In this document: piece by piece, positions 10,158-19,841 of the stretch
Position numbering within the stretch: position 1 is the stretch's first letter
Layout of the letters: the number at the start of each line of letters is the position of its first letter
NCBI GenBank assembly: GCA_964368155.1
Contig: CAYJBU010000002.1
Location: forward strand, 1 to 55,102
DNA from: an uncultured Eubacteriales bacterium
GTDB lineage: Bacteria; Bacillota; Clostridia; Oscillospirales; Acutalibacteraceae
Length of the DNA stretch: 55,102 nucleotides
Direction of reading: 5' to 3'
Made by a program: the position numbers and the translations under genes
Notes under the pieces: model-generated
Seen by the model: only the letters and a program-made list of their open reading frames with translations
The model's database searches: none
What the model was told of the DNA's origin: nothing

Positions 10158-11576
10158 TTAGTTTTTTATGCTCCATGATATGCCGTTTGCGCCATCAACC
10201 ACAACAACATTTTTAGCATTTAATTCATCACGAATTCTATCGGCTTCAGCCCAGTTTTTCTCTGACCTTGCCTTTGTTCTTTCGCTAAGCAAGGCTTCGA
10301 TTTCATCAATTTTTTCTTGCGAGAGACCAAAAGTAGCATCTTCTTTTTCTTTGATTAAATCTAAGCACAGCACTTCATCAAAACTCTTAATAACTGCAAG
10401 CTTTGTTGCACTGCAAATGTTTTCTTTTAGCAAATCGTAAATCAGAGTAATCCCCATAGAGCTTGAAAGGTCGTTTCCAACAGATTCAATGAATTTGTTT
10501 TTCCAGTTTTGAACTTCGTTTTGGTCAATTTCTCCCTCGTCTGAAAGAGTGGAAATTTTAGAAACCAGTTTGTCATATGCTTGAGTAGCGTTGTCTAGAC
10601 TTTCATATGAGAAAGCAAGTGGTCTTCTGTAGTGGCTTTGTAGGCAGAAAAATCTGTAAGCCACTGGGTTGTAATTTTTTTCTTCAAGCAGAGAAACTGT
10701 TAAGAAATCGCCTTTTGATTTGCTCATTTTTCCTCTGGCATCGTTTAGGTGAAGCACATGGAACCAATAGTTGCACCATTTGTGTCCAACATATGCCTCG
10801 CTTTGAGCAATTTCGTTAGTGTGATGTGGGAAAGCGTTGTCAATTCCTCCGCAGTGAATGTCTAAGTCTTCGCCAAGGAATTTCATTGACATCGCAGAGC
10901 ACTCAATGTGCCAACCCGGATATCCAACTCCCCACGGGCTCTCCCACTTTAGTTCTTGTTCATCGAATTTGGACTTAGTAAACCAAAGAACAAAGTCGGC
11001 ATTATTTTTTTTGTTGCTGTCAAGCTCAACATCGTCTCTCACAGCAGTTACTAAATCTTCTTGTGAAAAATTTCCGAAAGCATAATAATTTTCAAGTTTT
11101 GAAGTGTCAAAATACACATTCCCTCCAGCAATATAGCCAAAGCCTTTTTCGATTAAAGTTGAGATTAACTCGATGTATTCAGGAATACAAGAGGTTGCAG
11201 GAACACAAATTTCAGGCTTCGTGATGTTGAGTTTTTCGCAATCTTTAAAAAATGCCTGCGTATAATAATCTGCAATTTGCATCACAGTTTTTTTCTCTCT
11301 TTTTGCACCTTTAAGCATTTTATCCTCGCCCGTGTCTGCGTCGCTTGCAAGGTGTCCAACGTCAGTAATGTTCATCACACGCTTAACGTTATATCCCGAA
11401 TAACTCATGTATTTTTCCAAAAGGTCTTCCATTATATAGGTGCGTAAATTTCCAATATGTGCGTAATGATACACTGTTGGTCCACAAGTGTACATTTTAA
11501 CTGTGTCCTCTTGTAGTGGTACAAAATCTTCTTTTTTTCCTGTCAGCGAATTAAATAGTTTCATATTATTGTCCAT
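10158..11576 (-). CDS. cysS: Cysteine--tRNA ligase
   Basis: 472 aa with a HIGH-type motif (YHYAHIGNLRTY), KMSKS (GKMSKSKG) and class I CysRS architecture. Confidence 0.97.
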   Translation of the reverse strand: MDNNMKLFNSLTGKKEDFVPLQEDTVKMYTCGPTVYHYAHIGNLRTYIMEDLLEKYMSYSGYNVKRVMNITDVGHLASDADTGEDKMLKGAKREKKTVMQIADYYTQAFFKDCEKLNITKPEICVPATSCIPEYIELISTLIEKGFGYIAGGNVYFDTSKLENYYAFGNFSQEDLVTAVRDDVELDSNKKNNADFVLWFTKSKFDEQELKWESPWGVGYPGWHIECSAMSMKFLGEDLDIHCGGIDNAFPHHTNEIAQSEAYVGHKWCNYWFHVLHLNDARGKMSKSKGDFLTVSLLEEKNYNPVAYRFFCLQSHYRRPLAFSYESLDNATQAYDKLVSKISTLSDEGEIDQNEVQNWKNKFIESVGNDLSSSMGITLIYDLLKENICSATKLAVIKSFDEVLCLDLIKEKEDATFGLSQEKIDEIEALLSERTKARSEKNWAEADRIRDELNAKNVVVVDGANGISWSIKN

Positions 11577-11731
11577 CCTCTCTTGATAAACCGCAACGTT
11601 TTGAGCGATTTTTGCGTTGCGAGTTAGCTCGCATTTAGCAAAATTTGAGTAGCGAGACTTAAAAGCGCAAAACTTGCTGTTTGAAAATTTATTTTCAAAC
11701 TAATGCTCCATTTTTTATCGTTTTGATTTTA

Positions 11732-12406
11732 TCAATTCATGTCTAATTTATCTTCTTGGTTTTGTTCAATGTCGTCACAACTTACATTCAACTTGATTTG
11801 CATATTCTCGATTATTGTTCTCAATGCGCAAAGTTCTTGTGCTGTTGGGTCTGTGATGTGAATGTGGTCGAGTTCAGTGTTGACTTTTTTGTCAGCTCTT
11901 TTTACAATTTTGGCAGGAACTCCGACAGCGGTTGAGTCGCTTGGAACCTCCTTTAGAACCACTGCGCCAGCTGCAACACGTGCATTGTCGCCAACTTTAA
12001 AAGGTCCTAAAACCTTTGCACCAGAGCCGATTAGCACGTTGTCACCCAATGTGGGGTGTCTTTTTCCGTGTTCTTTTCCTGTTCCTCCAAGTGTAACTCC
12101 TTGATAAATGGTGCAGTTGTCGCCGATTTCAGTTGTTTCGCCAATTACTACCCCCATTCCGTGGTCGATAAATAGATTTTTACCTATTGTAGCCCCAGGG
12201 TGAATTTCAATCCCTGTTTTTCTTCTCGCACGTTGGGAAATCCACCTTGCAATGAACTTATGGTTTCGTTTATAAAACCAGTTTGCTTTTCTGTAGGAGC
12301 GCACAGCCTTAAATCCCGAGTACAAAAAATAAACTTCTAAACGGGACCTTGCTGCTGGGTCACGCTGCATAATAGCGTCAATTTCAAGTTTTATTTTCTT
12401 AAACAT
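11732..12406 (-). CDS. cysE: Serine O-acetyltransferase
   Basis: 224 aa with the GIEIHPGATIG motif plus hexapeptide repeats. It lies upstream of cysS, as in the Bacillus cysE-cysS arrangement. Confidence 0.95.
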   Translation of the reverse strand: MFKKIKLEIDAIMQRDPAARSRLEVYFLYSGFKAVRSYRKANWFYKRNHKFIARWISQRARRKTGIEIHPGATIGKNLFIDHGMGVVIGETTEIGDNCTIYQGVTLGGTGKEHGKRHPTLGDNVLIGSGAKVLGPFKVGDNARVAAGAVVLKEVPSDSTAVGVPAKIVKRADKKVNTELDHIHITDPTAQELCALRTIIENMQIKLNVSCDDIEQNQEDKLDMN

Positions 12407-12420
12407 AATAAATTATCTCC

Positions 12421-12700
12421 AAAAAAACACCCTCGTATGGTAATGACCACACGAAGGCGACTAGTCGCGGTTCCACTTCGATTTATATCTTTTCAGCCGT
12501 AACGAGGCAAAGTTGAAAATCAACTTAAACGTACAAATATACTAAAGAATTTCTTTTTCCACTTGTCTGCTAGCGAGTGCATTTCTGCGGTACAAACTCA
12601 AAGGGGCTTTCAGCCGTGACCCCCACTCTCTATTAAGTTGCAGTCGCTTACTTCTCTCGATACGCATTTGACTATTTGAATGTATAATATTATACTATAC
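12421..12700 (-). promoter_or_regulatory. T-box riboswitch leader, cysteine-specific (UGC specifier), with terminator
   Basis: On the minus strand there is an AGAGA motif near the 5' end. The specifier-loop context GCAGAAA-TGC-A places the TGC at about 12581-12579. The T-box sequence AATCGAAGTGGAACCGCG is at about 12483-12466. A terminator stem CCTTCGTGTGG/CCATACGAGGG plus TTTTTTT at 12457-12421 sits immediately before the cysE RBS. Confidence 0.85.
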
Positions 12701-12707
12701 ATTATAT

Positions 12708-12736
12708 ATTATACACGTAATAATGTGACTTGTAAA
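12708..12736 (-). promoter_or_regulatory. Sigma-A promoter of the T-box-cysE-cysS transcript
   Basis: On the minus strand: TTTACA, a 17-nt spacer, then TATAAT. Confidence 0.6.
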
Positions 12737-12866
12737 GAAAAATTTCTTTTGTTTTTATTTAATATAGAAAATCAGCAACAAGTAACTAATATAGTCATTA
12801 ATATAACAAAGCCCTCTATGATTCCTCATAAAAGGCTTTGTTTAATAGTTTAATGAAAAAGGTCAA

Positions 12867-13409
12867 TTAATCTGCTTTGTCAAATGACATTCCTTGGTTT
12901 GAAACTAATTTTCCGTCTTCTATTTTAAATGTGTCTTGAGCAGTGTCGCCGATTTTTTCGTAAATTGATAATTCATCGCCATCAATTTGCCATTCACCAT
13001 TGATAGTAGCTGCTTCAAATCCAGATTTTAGCTCTTCTTTTGCAACTTCAATTGTTGCGTCGATGAATTCATCCCATGTCATCCCTTGGTTTTCTTTGAT
13101 GTAATCTTCGAACTCGTCTTCTGTTAGTTCAGCTGATTCCATAGTGTCAGCTTTTACTTGATCGAAAACTTCTATAAAATTATCAATAAGAGCGTCTTCA
13201 TCTTCGAGGCTTCCAACAAGTTGATAAGTGTTGTCGTCTTTAAATTCAAGAGTAACAATTGTAGTGTATTCAATTGAGTAACCTTGCATATCTCTTGTAT
13301 CAGACATTGAAGTCTCCCATTTTCCTATAAAATTGTTTGTGCTTTGGCAACCAGCAAATGCTATAGTCATAAATAGCATTACTAGTACAGCGGTAAAAGT
13401 TTTTTTCAT
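12867..13409 (-). CDS. Small secreted lipoprotein, unknown function
   Basis: 180 aa. The signal peptide MKKTFTAVLVMLFMTIAFAGC ends in a lipobox, and the mature part is acidic. Confidence 0.8.
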   Translation of the reverse strand: MKKTFTAVLVMLFMTIAFAGCQSTNNFIGKWETSMSDTRDMQGYSIEYTTIVTLEFKDDNTYQLVGSLEDEDALIDNFIEVFDQVKADTMESAELTEDEFEDYIKENQGMTWDEFIDATIEVAKEELKSGFEAATINGEWQIDGDELSIYEKIGDTAQDTFKIEDGKLVSNQGMSFDKAD

Positions 13410-13623
13410 AATTTTAGTTCCCTTTCATTTTTAAACCAGTTATAATATTGGTAGTTATTATATCACATATTTTGCTGTTTGTCAAATCTTACAAAAACAT
13501 ACATTGGTTTTTGTGAAATTGCAACATGAATTATTTCTTTATTAGAATAATTTTGCTAGTTTGGTTAAATAATTAACAATATTTTTTTGTGAAAAGAATT
13601 GAGCTTGATATGACAATATTTTC

Positions 13624-13652
13624 TTGACAAACGTTAAAAACAGGTTTAAAAT
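13624..13652 (+). promoter_or_regulatory. Sigma-A promoter upstream of uxaC
   Basis: TTGACA, a 17-nt spacer, then TAAAAT. It leaves a leader of about 100 nt. Confidence 0.5.
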
Positions 13653-13759
13653 TAAATGTGACAGAGAATTAATATATATTCTATAATAGAACAATAAAGA
13701 AAGGTTTGTCGAGGTATGTTGAAAAGTGTTATTGCTATACCTTTGACTTGGATTTAAGA

Positions 13760-15175
13760 ATGAGAAAGAAGTTTATGGACAAAGATTTTTTGCTGAAAGG
13801 CGAAACTGCAAGGTTGTTGTATAATCGTTATGCGCAAAAAATGCCAATTATTGATTATCACTGCCATATCAATCCAAAAGAAATTGCAGAAAATAGGCAA
13901 TATACAAATCTATACGAGCCATGGTTAGAGGGTGACCACTACAAATGGCGTCAAATGAGATCAAATGGAATTGATGAGTCGCTAATCACAGGGAAGGACA
14001 CAGCTCCTTACCAAAAGTTTTTTGCATATGCTCAAACTCTTGATAAGGCTATTGGAAACCCTATTTATCATTGGTCACATTTAGAACTACAAAGATATTT
14101 TGATTTTGAAGGCAGACTTGGAGAAAACACTGCTATGCAAGTGTGGGACGATTGTAATGCAAAACTTGGCTGGAAAACACATTCGGTTAGGGGTTTGATT
14201 GAGCAATCTAAAGTCGTTTTGATTGGAACAACCGACGACCCTATTGACAGCCTTGAATACCACAAGGCTATTGCAGCAGATAAGAAATTCAAACCAAAAG
14301 TGATTCCATCGTGGAGACCTGATAAAGCTGTTAACGCTAATCTTTCCGGTTATACTGAATACATTTCAAAACTTTCAGAAGTTTCTGGTGTTGAAGTGGT
14401 TGACTTTGACACACTTTGTCTAGCTCTTTCTAATAGACTTGATTTCTTCTGTGCGCACGGTTGTCTTGCAAGTGACCATGGTCTTGACGGAGCTGTTTAT
14501 TCACGCACCTCAGGTGGGGATTTGAACTTTATCACAAAAAAAGCTCTTTATGGAAGGGACTTAACAGAAGAGGAAGTTGCTAAGTATAAAACAGAGTTAC
14601 TTCTTTTCTTGGGTCGTGAGTATGCAAAGAGAAATATTGTTATGCAAATTCATTTTGGCGCAATGAGAAACACCAACAGCAAAAAGTTTGCTCAATTAGG
14701 CCCTGATACAGGCTATGACTGCATGGGAAACACTGTTGATGGTTTAACTTTAACAAAATTCCTTGATGCGTTGGAGTCGACAGGCGAATTGCCAAAGACT
14801 ATTTTGTATTCAATTAATGAAAATGATAATCAAATGCTTGGCACTGTAATCGGCGCATTTCAAGGAGTTGGAGTTGCAGGAAAAGTTCAACATGGTTCAG
14901 CTTGGTGGTTTAATGACACGCTAGAGGGAATGGAAAGACAGATAAAAAGTCTTGCTAATCTTTCCCTTTTAGGTAATTTTATTGGAATGCTTACAGATTC
15001 AAGAAGTTTTCTATCCTACACTCGTCATGAGTATTTCAGAAGAATTTTGTGCAATGTTATTGGCGAATGGGTTGACAATGGCGAATTACCATATGATACG
15101 GAATGGCTTGGCAAAATTGTTTGCGATATCTGCTATTATAATGCGAAAAATTTCTTTGGTTTTGATATTAAATAA
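13760..15175 (+). CDS. uxaC: Glucuronate isomerase
   Basis: The start is set at M19 (MRKKFMDKDFLL...). It has the conserved PIIDYHCHI motif and typical UxaC length and sequence. Confidence 0.93.
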   Translation: MRKKFMDKDFLLKGETARLLYNRYAQKMPIIDYHCHINPKEIAENRQYTNLYEPWLEGDHYKWRQMRSNGIDESLITGKDTAPYQKFFAYAQTLDKAIGNPIYHWSHLELQRYFDFEGRLGENTAMQVWDDCNAKLGWKTHSVRGLIEQSKVVLIGTTDDPIDSLEYHKAIAADKKFKPKVIPSWRPDKAVNANLSGYTEYISKLSEVSGVEVVDFDTLCLALSNRLDFFCAHGCLASDHGLDGAVYSRTSGGDLNFITKKALYGRDLTEEEVAKYKTELLLFLGREYAKRNIVMQIHFGAMRNTNSKKFAQLGPDTGYDCMGNTVDGLTLTKFLDALESTGELPKTILYSINENDNQMLGTVIGAFQGVGVAGKVQHGSAWWFNDTLEGMERQIKSLANLSLLGNFIGMLTDSRSFLSYTRHEYFRRILCNVIGEWVDNGELPYDTEWLGKIVCDICYYNAKNFFGFDIK

Positions 15176-15180
15176 ATCGA

Positions 15181-15215
15181 AAACCGTCGTGAAATAAAAA
15201 ATCCACGACGGTTTT
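15181..15215. terminator. Bidirectional intrinsic terminator (uxaC / ackA convergent)
   Basis: AAACCGTCGTG ... CACGACGGTTT stem with T-runs on both strands. Confidence 0.8.
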
Positions 15216-15226
15216 GTTTGTTTAAA

Positions 15227-16444
15227 TTATGCCAAACTTCTGACAATTTCCGCACTGTCTCTTGCAATCATCAATTCTTCATCGGTGCATATCGCAAGGG
15301 TTTTAACTGCTGAATCTTCTGAAGAAAAATCGTTAATATCAAGTCCACGAACACGGTTTTTATCCAAATCAAGTTTAATTCCCAAAAATTCAAGGTTTTC
15401 ACATATTTCTAACCTGATATCAGCGTCTTTTTCGCCTATTCCACCTGTGAAAATAACAGCATCAAGACCACCCATAACAGCAGCATAAGCGCCTATGTAT
15501 TTTTTAACATGATAGCACATCATTTCGTTTGCAAGTTTTGCTCTTTCGTGTCCTTGTGCAACTGCACTAACAATGTCACGACTGTCAGAGGAAAGACCTG
15601 AAACACCAAGTAAACCAGCTTGTTTATTAAGAATGTCGCTCATCTCGCTTGCTGTGAGGCCTAGTTTTTCTTGAAGATGAAGAATTGCACCAACGTCAAC
15701 GTCTCCGCAACGAGTTCCCATAACAAGACCTGCGATAGGTGTAAATCCCATAGAAGTGTCTACAGAACGTCCGCCGTCAATTGCAGTTACAGAAGAGCCG
15801 TTTCCGAGATGGCAAGTGATGATTTTTAACTCTGATATAGGTTTGCCTAAGTAATCTGCCGCTACACTTGCAACATATTTATGGCTTGTGCCATGAAAAC
15901 CATATCTTCTTACACCATGTTGCTCATAAAAATCATATGGGAGCGCATACATGTAAGCTTTTGGGGGAATTGTTACATGGAAACCTGTGTCAAAAACTGC
16001 GATGTTTGGAACGTCTTTTCCAAAAACATCAAAGGAGCTTTTAATTCCTGAAACCATAGCAGGAGTGTGAAGAGGTGCAAAAGGTGCGAGTTTTTCAATC
16101 TCGTAAAGAACCTCGTCATTAATCAGTGCACTTTGCTTGAATTTATCTCCACCGTGACCAATTCTGTGGCCAATTGCTTTAACTTCGCTAATATCGTTAA
16201 TGATAGCGGTTGTTCCTGAAGTTATTATCTTTAACATTTCAAACAGTGCATCTCTGTGTGTTTTAATTTCCACTTCAAAAATAGTGGAATTTCCGTTTGC
16301 GCTGTGTTTTATAAAGCTATTTTCAATGCCTATTCTCTCACAATTTCCTTTGCATAGCGCGTTTTCATTTTCCATATCAATCAGCTGATATTTTAATGAA
16401 CTTGAACCGCAATTAATTACCAATACGAGCATTATTTTGTCCAT
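15227..16444 (-). CDS. ackA: Acetate kinase
   Basis: It has VLVINCGSSSLKYQL at the N-terminus and full-length ASKHA-fold similarity. The true start may be M5 (16432). Confidence 0.96.
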   Translation of the reverse strand: MDKIMLVLVINCGSSSLKYQLIDMENENALCKGNCERIGIENSFIKHSANGNSTIFEVEIKTHRDALFEMLKIITSGTTAIINDISEVKAIGHRIGHGGDKFKQSALINDEVLYEIEKLAPFAPLHTPAMVSGIKSSFDVFGKDVPNIAVFDTGFHVTIPPKAYMYALPYDFYEQHGVRRYGFHGTSHKYVASVAADYLGKPISELKIITCHLGNGSSVTAIDGGRSVDTSMGFTPIAGLVMGTRCGDVDVGAILHLQEKLGLTASEMSDILNKQAGLLGVSGLSSDSRDIVSAVAQGHERAKLANEMMCYHVKKYIGAYAAVMGGLDAVIFTGGIGEKDADIRLEICENLEFLGIKLDLDKNRVRGLDINDFSSEDSAVKTLAICTDEELMIARDSAEIVRSLA

Positions 16445-16500
16445 CCTTTATTATGTTGAAATTCTGTTCAACTCTAAGTTTTTTAAGTTTTCAGAATTAA

Positions 16501-16529
16501 ATATTAACACTATTTACTCAATGTGTCAA
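16501..16529 (-). promoter_or_regulatory. Sigma-A promoter of ackA
   Basis: On the minus strand: TTGACA, a 17-nt spacer, then TAATAT, about 55 nt upstream of the start. Confidence 0.6.
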
Positions 16530-16640
16530 GAAGAAATTGAGTTTAGTTTCTATTATAGTGTAATATTTTTTTAAATCAGTTCAAAATTGTGAGTTTTAGC
16601 AGATTTTCTATCTATATAAAGCGAATAAGTTAAAAGGGAG

Positions 16641-16671
16641 GCAAAGAAAATTGCGGTGGCAAGCACCGCAA
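16641..16671 (-). terminator. Intrinsic terminator after araD
   Basis: On the minus strand: TTGCGGTG-cttgc-CACCGCAA followed by TTTTCTTT. Confidence 0.75.
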
Positions 16672-16694
16672 TAAATCAAAAACTAGCTTATTTA

Positions 16695-17384
16695 TTATTT
16701 CTGTCCGTAGTATGAATTTTCCCCATGCTTTCTGAAATAGTGCTTGTCCTGAAGTTCTTGTGGAGCTGGTTTTACATCGGGATTAAGTCTTTCGCACCTT
16801 GCAGACATTTTCGCAACTTCTTCAAGAACAACAGAATTGTGGACAGCGTCATTTGCGTTTTTTCCCCAAGTAAATGGACCGTGGTTTTTACACAAAACAG
16901 CTGGAGTTGCGATGTAGTCTCTGTTCTTAAAATGCTCGGCAATTAGCTTTCCTGTGTTTTTTTCATAGTCAGTTTCAATCTCTTCTTTTGAAAGGCTCCT
17001 GACACAAGGAACGTCTCCGTATATATAGTCTGCGTGAGTAGTTCCATAGCACGGGATATCTCGCCCGGCTTGCGCAAAACTTGTTGCCCATGAAGAGTGG
17101 GTGTGAACTATTCCACCGATTTTGGGGAAAGATTTATATAGCATTGCATGAGTGGCAGTGTCGGAGGAGGGGTTTAGTTCTCCCTCGATTTTATTTCCGT
17201 CTAAGTCAACTACTACCATTTGCTCCCATGTGAGTTTGTCGTATTCTATTCCACTGGGTTTGATTACAAAAAGTCCGCTTTCTCTGTCTATTCCACTGGC
17301 ATTTCCCCAAGTGAATGTGACAAGTCCGTATTTTGGCAAAAGCAAATTTGCATTAAATACATCACGTTTTAGTTGTTCAAGCAT
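16695..17384 (-). CDS. araD: L-ribulose-5-phosphate 4-epimerase
   Basis: 229 aa. [35 protein letters not shown] is nearly colinear with E. coli AraD. It has the class II aldolase His ligands. Confidence 0.93.
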   Translation of the reverse strand: MLEQLKRDVFNANLLLPKYGLVTFTWGNASGIDRESGLFVIKPSGIEYDKLTWEQMVVVDLDGNKIEGELNPSSDTATHAMLYKSFPKIGGIVHTHSSWATSFAQAGRDIPCYGTTHADYIYGDVPCVRSLSKEEIETDYEKNTGKLIAEHFKNRDYIATPAVLCKNHGPFTWGKNANDAVHNSVVLEEVAKMSARCERLNPDVKPAPQELQDKHYFRKHGENSYYGQK

Positions 17385-17421
17385 GATTTCCTCCGTTTTG
17401 GTTTTATGGTTTTGGAGTGAA

Positions 17422-19002
17422 TTAATCTATCGAGTTTACAGCCGCTTTTTCGATTTCCAACCCTTTTACGTACTTATCTATGAATTTTGTAAACCCTTCT
17501 ATTTCGCTTTTGTTTGCCATGACAGTGTTAATTTCGCTGTTAGCGAAAACTTTAGAGTTTAAATAGCTTGCAAAATCAAGATTACTGTCTTTTTCTACAC
17601 AATAATCAGCAAGCACTGCAATTCCCCATGCGCCGCCCTCGCCTGCTGTTTCCATAACCGAAACAGGGATTTTAACTGCAGAAGACATTATGCGTTGACC
17701 GACTTCACGAGCCTTGAAAAATCCTCCGTGCCCTAAGAGTTTGTCAATGCTTACGTCTTCGTCATCTAAAATATCAATTCCAAGTTTAAGTGTTGCCACA
17801 GCAGAGTAAAGAATCGATTTTGCAAAATTAGCAAAAGAGAAATCAGAGTTCACTGAACGGACGAGAAGTGGTCTGCCCTCTGAAAGCTTTGTTATTGGCT
17901 CGCCGGAAAAATAGTTATAAGAAATAATTCCACCTGCGTCTACTTCACCTTTTAAAGCCTCGTAAAACAGGGTGTCAAGTGCTTGGTAAATTGTGCAAGG
18001 GTTACCAAGTGCAACAGAGAATTCCTTAAAAATTTGAGCCCATGCATCAATATCAGAAGAACAATTGTTGCAGTGAACCATCGCAACAGGGTTGCCCGAA
18101 GGAGTGGTTACCATGTCGATTTCTTCGTAAACTTTTGTTAGCTCTTTTTCAAGGACTATCATCGCAAAAATCGAAGTTCCAGCAGAAACATTTCCTGTTC
18201 TCTCGCTTATACTGTTTGTTGCAACCATGCCGGTTCCTGCATCGCCTTCCGGTGGGCACATTGGAATTCCACTTTCAAGATTTCCGCTAGGGTCGATTAG
18301 TCTTGCGCCCTCCTCAGTTAAAAATCCTGCATTTTCGCCGGCTTTAAGCACTTTTGGAAAAATATCTCTGAAACTCCAGTTGAATTTTCCTTTTATAATC
18401 TCGTGGAATTTGTCTATCATGGATTCGTTAAAATCAACAGTGTTGCTGTCGATTGGGAACATTCCCGAAGCTTCGCCAACACCCATAACTCTCTTTCCTG
18501 TAAGTTTGTGGTGAATGTGACCTGCAAGCGTGGTTAGGTAATCAATGTCTTGAACACAGCTATCTCCGTCTAAAATCGCTTGATAAAGATGTGCAATACT
18601 CCACCTGTGCGGAATGTTAAAGTTGAATTCTTTTGTCAAGAACTCTGCAGCTTCACCTGTGTTGGTGTTTCTCCATGTTCTGAACTCTGCTAGCTGATTA
18701 CCATCTTTGTCAAAAGGTAAATACCCATGCATCATTCCCGAAAATCCTATGGCTTTAAGCTTTTTAAGCTCCACTCCATATGTAGATTTAAGTTTTTCGC
18801 AAAGTTTTTTGTAGCTGTTTCTAATACCCTCCCACGCGTCCTCCAAACGATATGTCCAAAGGCCGTTTTCAAAACTATTTTCCCAGTCATGACTGCCAGA
18901 GGAAATAACTTTGAAGTTATCGTCGATTAGGACTGCTTTAATCCTTGTTGAACCTAGTTCAATACCAAGAACGCCTTTTCCGTTTTCTATGAATTCTTTC
19001 AT
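17422..19002 (-). CDS. FGGY-family sugar kinase, probably the AraK-type ribulokinase of Clostridia
   Basis: The start is set at M45 ([25 protein letters not shown]), which has a GAAAGGAA RBS. The 44 codons the track adds upstream run through the promoter. It has the FGGY N- and C-terminal domains and sits directly upstream of araD. Confidence 0.8.
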   Translation of the reverse strand: MKEFIENGKGVLGIELGSTRIKAVLIDDNFKVISSGSHDWENSFENGLWTYRLEDAWEGIRNSYKKLCEKLKSTYGVELKKLKAIGFSGMMHGYLPFDKDGNQLAEFRTWRNTNTGEAAEFLTKEFNFNIPHRWSIAHLYQAILDGDSCVQDIDYLTTLAGHIHHKLTGKRVMGVGEASGMFPIDSNTVDFNESMIDKFHEIIKGKFNWSFRDIFPKVLKAGENAGFLTEEGARLIDPSGNLESGIPMCPPEGDAGTGMVATNSISERTGNVSAGTSIFAMIVLEKELTKVYEEIDMVTTPSGNPVAMVHCNNCSSDIDAWAQIFKEFSVALGNPCTIYQALDTLFYEALKGEVDAGGIISYNYFSGEPITKLSEGRPLLVRSVNSDFSFANFAKSILYSAVATLKLGIDILDDEDVSIDKLLGHGGFFKAREVGQRIMSSAVKIPVSVMETAGEGGAWGIAVLADYCVEKDSNLDFASYLNSKVFANSEINTVMANKSEIEGFTKFIDKYVKGLEIEKAAVNSID

Positions 19003-19025
19003 TTTAACATCGTTCCTTTCTCGAA

Positions 19026-19054
19026 ATTGTACCATTTTGCTATAAGAGGCACAA
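19026..19054 (-). promoter_or_regulatory. Sigma-A promoter (extended -10) of the kinase-araD operon
   Basis: On the minus strand: TTGTGC, a 17-nt spacer, then TGgTACAAT, about 20 nt before the RBS. Confidence 0.55.
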
Positions 19055-19104
19055 AATTCTTTTTTCTTTTCAATACAATATATTAGCCAAATCCATATAA
19101 AACG

Positions 19105-19171
19105 AACCGCACCCGAAATAATCATTTTGTGCACGCTAAAGACATCAAGTGATTTAAAAAAGGGTGCGGTT
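19105..19171 (-). terminator. Long hairpin; likely terminator ending the htpG-CPBP-tadA transcript
   Basis: Perfect 10-bp arms AACCGCACCC and GGGTGCGGTT are separated by 47 nt, which contain an inner AAATCA/TGATT pairing. On the minus strand the hairpin is followed by CGTTTTATAT. Confidence 0.45.
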
Positions 19172-19366
19172 TATATAGATTCTGCAAACCACACAATTTG
19201 CGTGGGGCTAAACAAAAAATGAGTAGATATGTTTTGTCTTGTAGTGTTGCGCATTTTTTAGCACAAGGTGAATTTCGAAAAATTAAAGTATAATAAAGCA
19301 AATTAAAAGAAACAATCTGGGTGTTTGCAACACTTTACTCACATAATTCAAACTGTTTTAAACTCG

Positions 19367-19834
19367 TTATTTATCTTTTCTTAATTTTTCAAAAAAATCT
19401 CTTAGTAAATTGGAACTCTCTTCTTGCATAAACCCTCTGAAAATTTCGGGTCTATGATTGAATTTGAGTTGAGATAGATTGATAACACTTCCTAAACAAC
19501 CCGAAGTTTCATCATGAGCTGCAAAAATAATTCTGTTGATTCTAGAGTTGATTGCAGCCCCTATACACATAGGACAAGGCTCGAGGGTTACATATAAATT
19601 CGCACCCGTCAGCCTCCAAGAACCCATCGCTTCACATGCCATTTTGATTGCCAAAATTTCCGCATGTGCAGTTGGGTCGTTGCCTTTTTCTCTTTTGTTG
19701 TATCCATGTCCTATAATGTCTCCGTTTAGTTCAACGAGAGCTCCAACAGGAACTTCACCTTCGCTATAAGCTTTCCGCGCAAGCCGAAGACACTCTGACA
19801 TGAATTTTTTGTTCGGTAAAAATTCCGTTTTCAT
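19367..19834 (-). CDS. tadA: tRNA adenosine(34) deaminase
   Basis: 155 aa with the HAE (TAHAEILAI) and PCPMC zinc motifs of the CDA fold. Confidence 0.93.
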   Translation of the reverse strand: MKTEFLPNKKFMSECLRLARKAYSEGEVPVGALVELNGDIIGHGYNKREKGNDPTAHAEILAIKMACEAMGSWRLTGANLYVTLEPCPMCIGAAINSRINRIIFAAHDETSGCLGSVINLSQLKFNHRPEIFRGFMQEESSNLLRDFFEKLRKDK

Positions 19835-19841
19835 ATCAGAG

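Noticed and set aside
13624-13645. Possible cre/LacI-type operator overlapping the uxaC promoter (TGACAAACGTTAAAAACA).
   Set aside because: It does not fit the cre consensus TGNAANCGNTNNCA when aligned and is only a partial palindrome.
19003-19134. 44-codon N-terminal extension of the FGGY kinase in the ORF track. Similar extensions occur at 3232, 5053, 13706, 10104, 31727, 41101, 44521, 48106, 52198 and 53999.
   Set aside because: In each case the internal start has a proper Shine-Dalgarno sequence and matches the family N-terminus. The extensions run through promoters or leaders.
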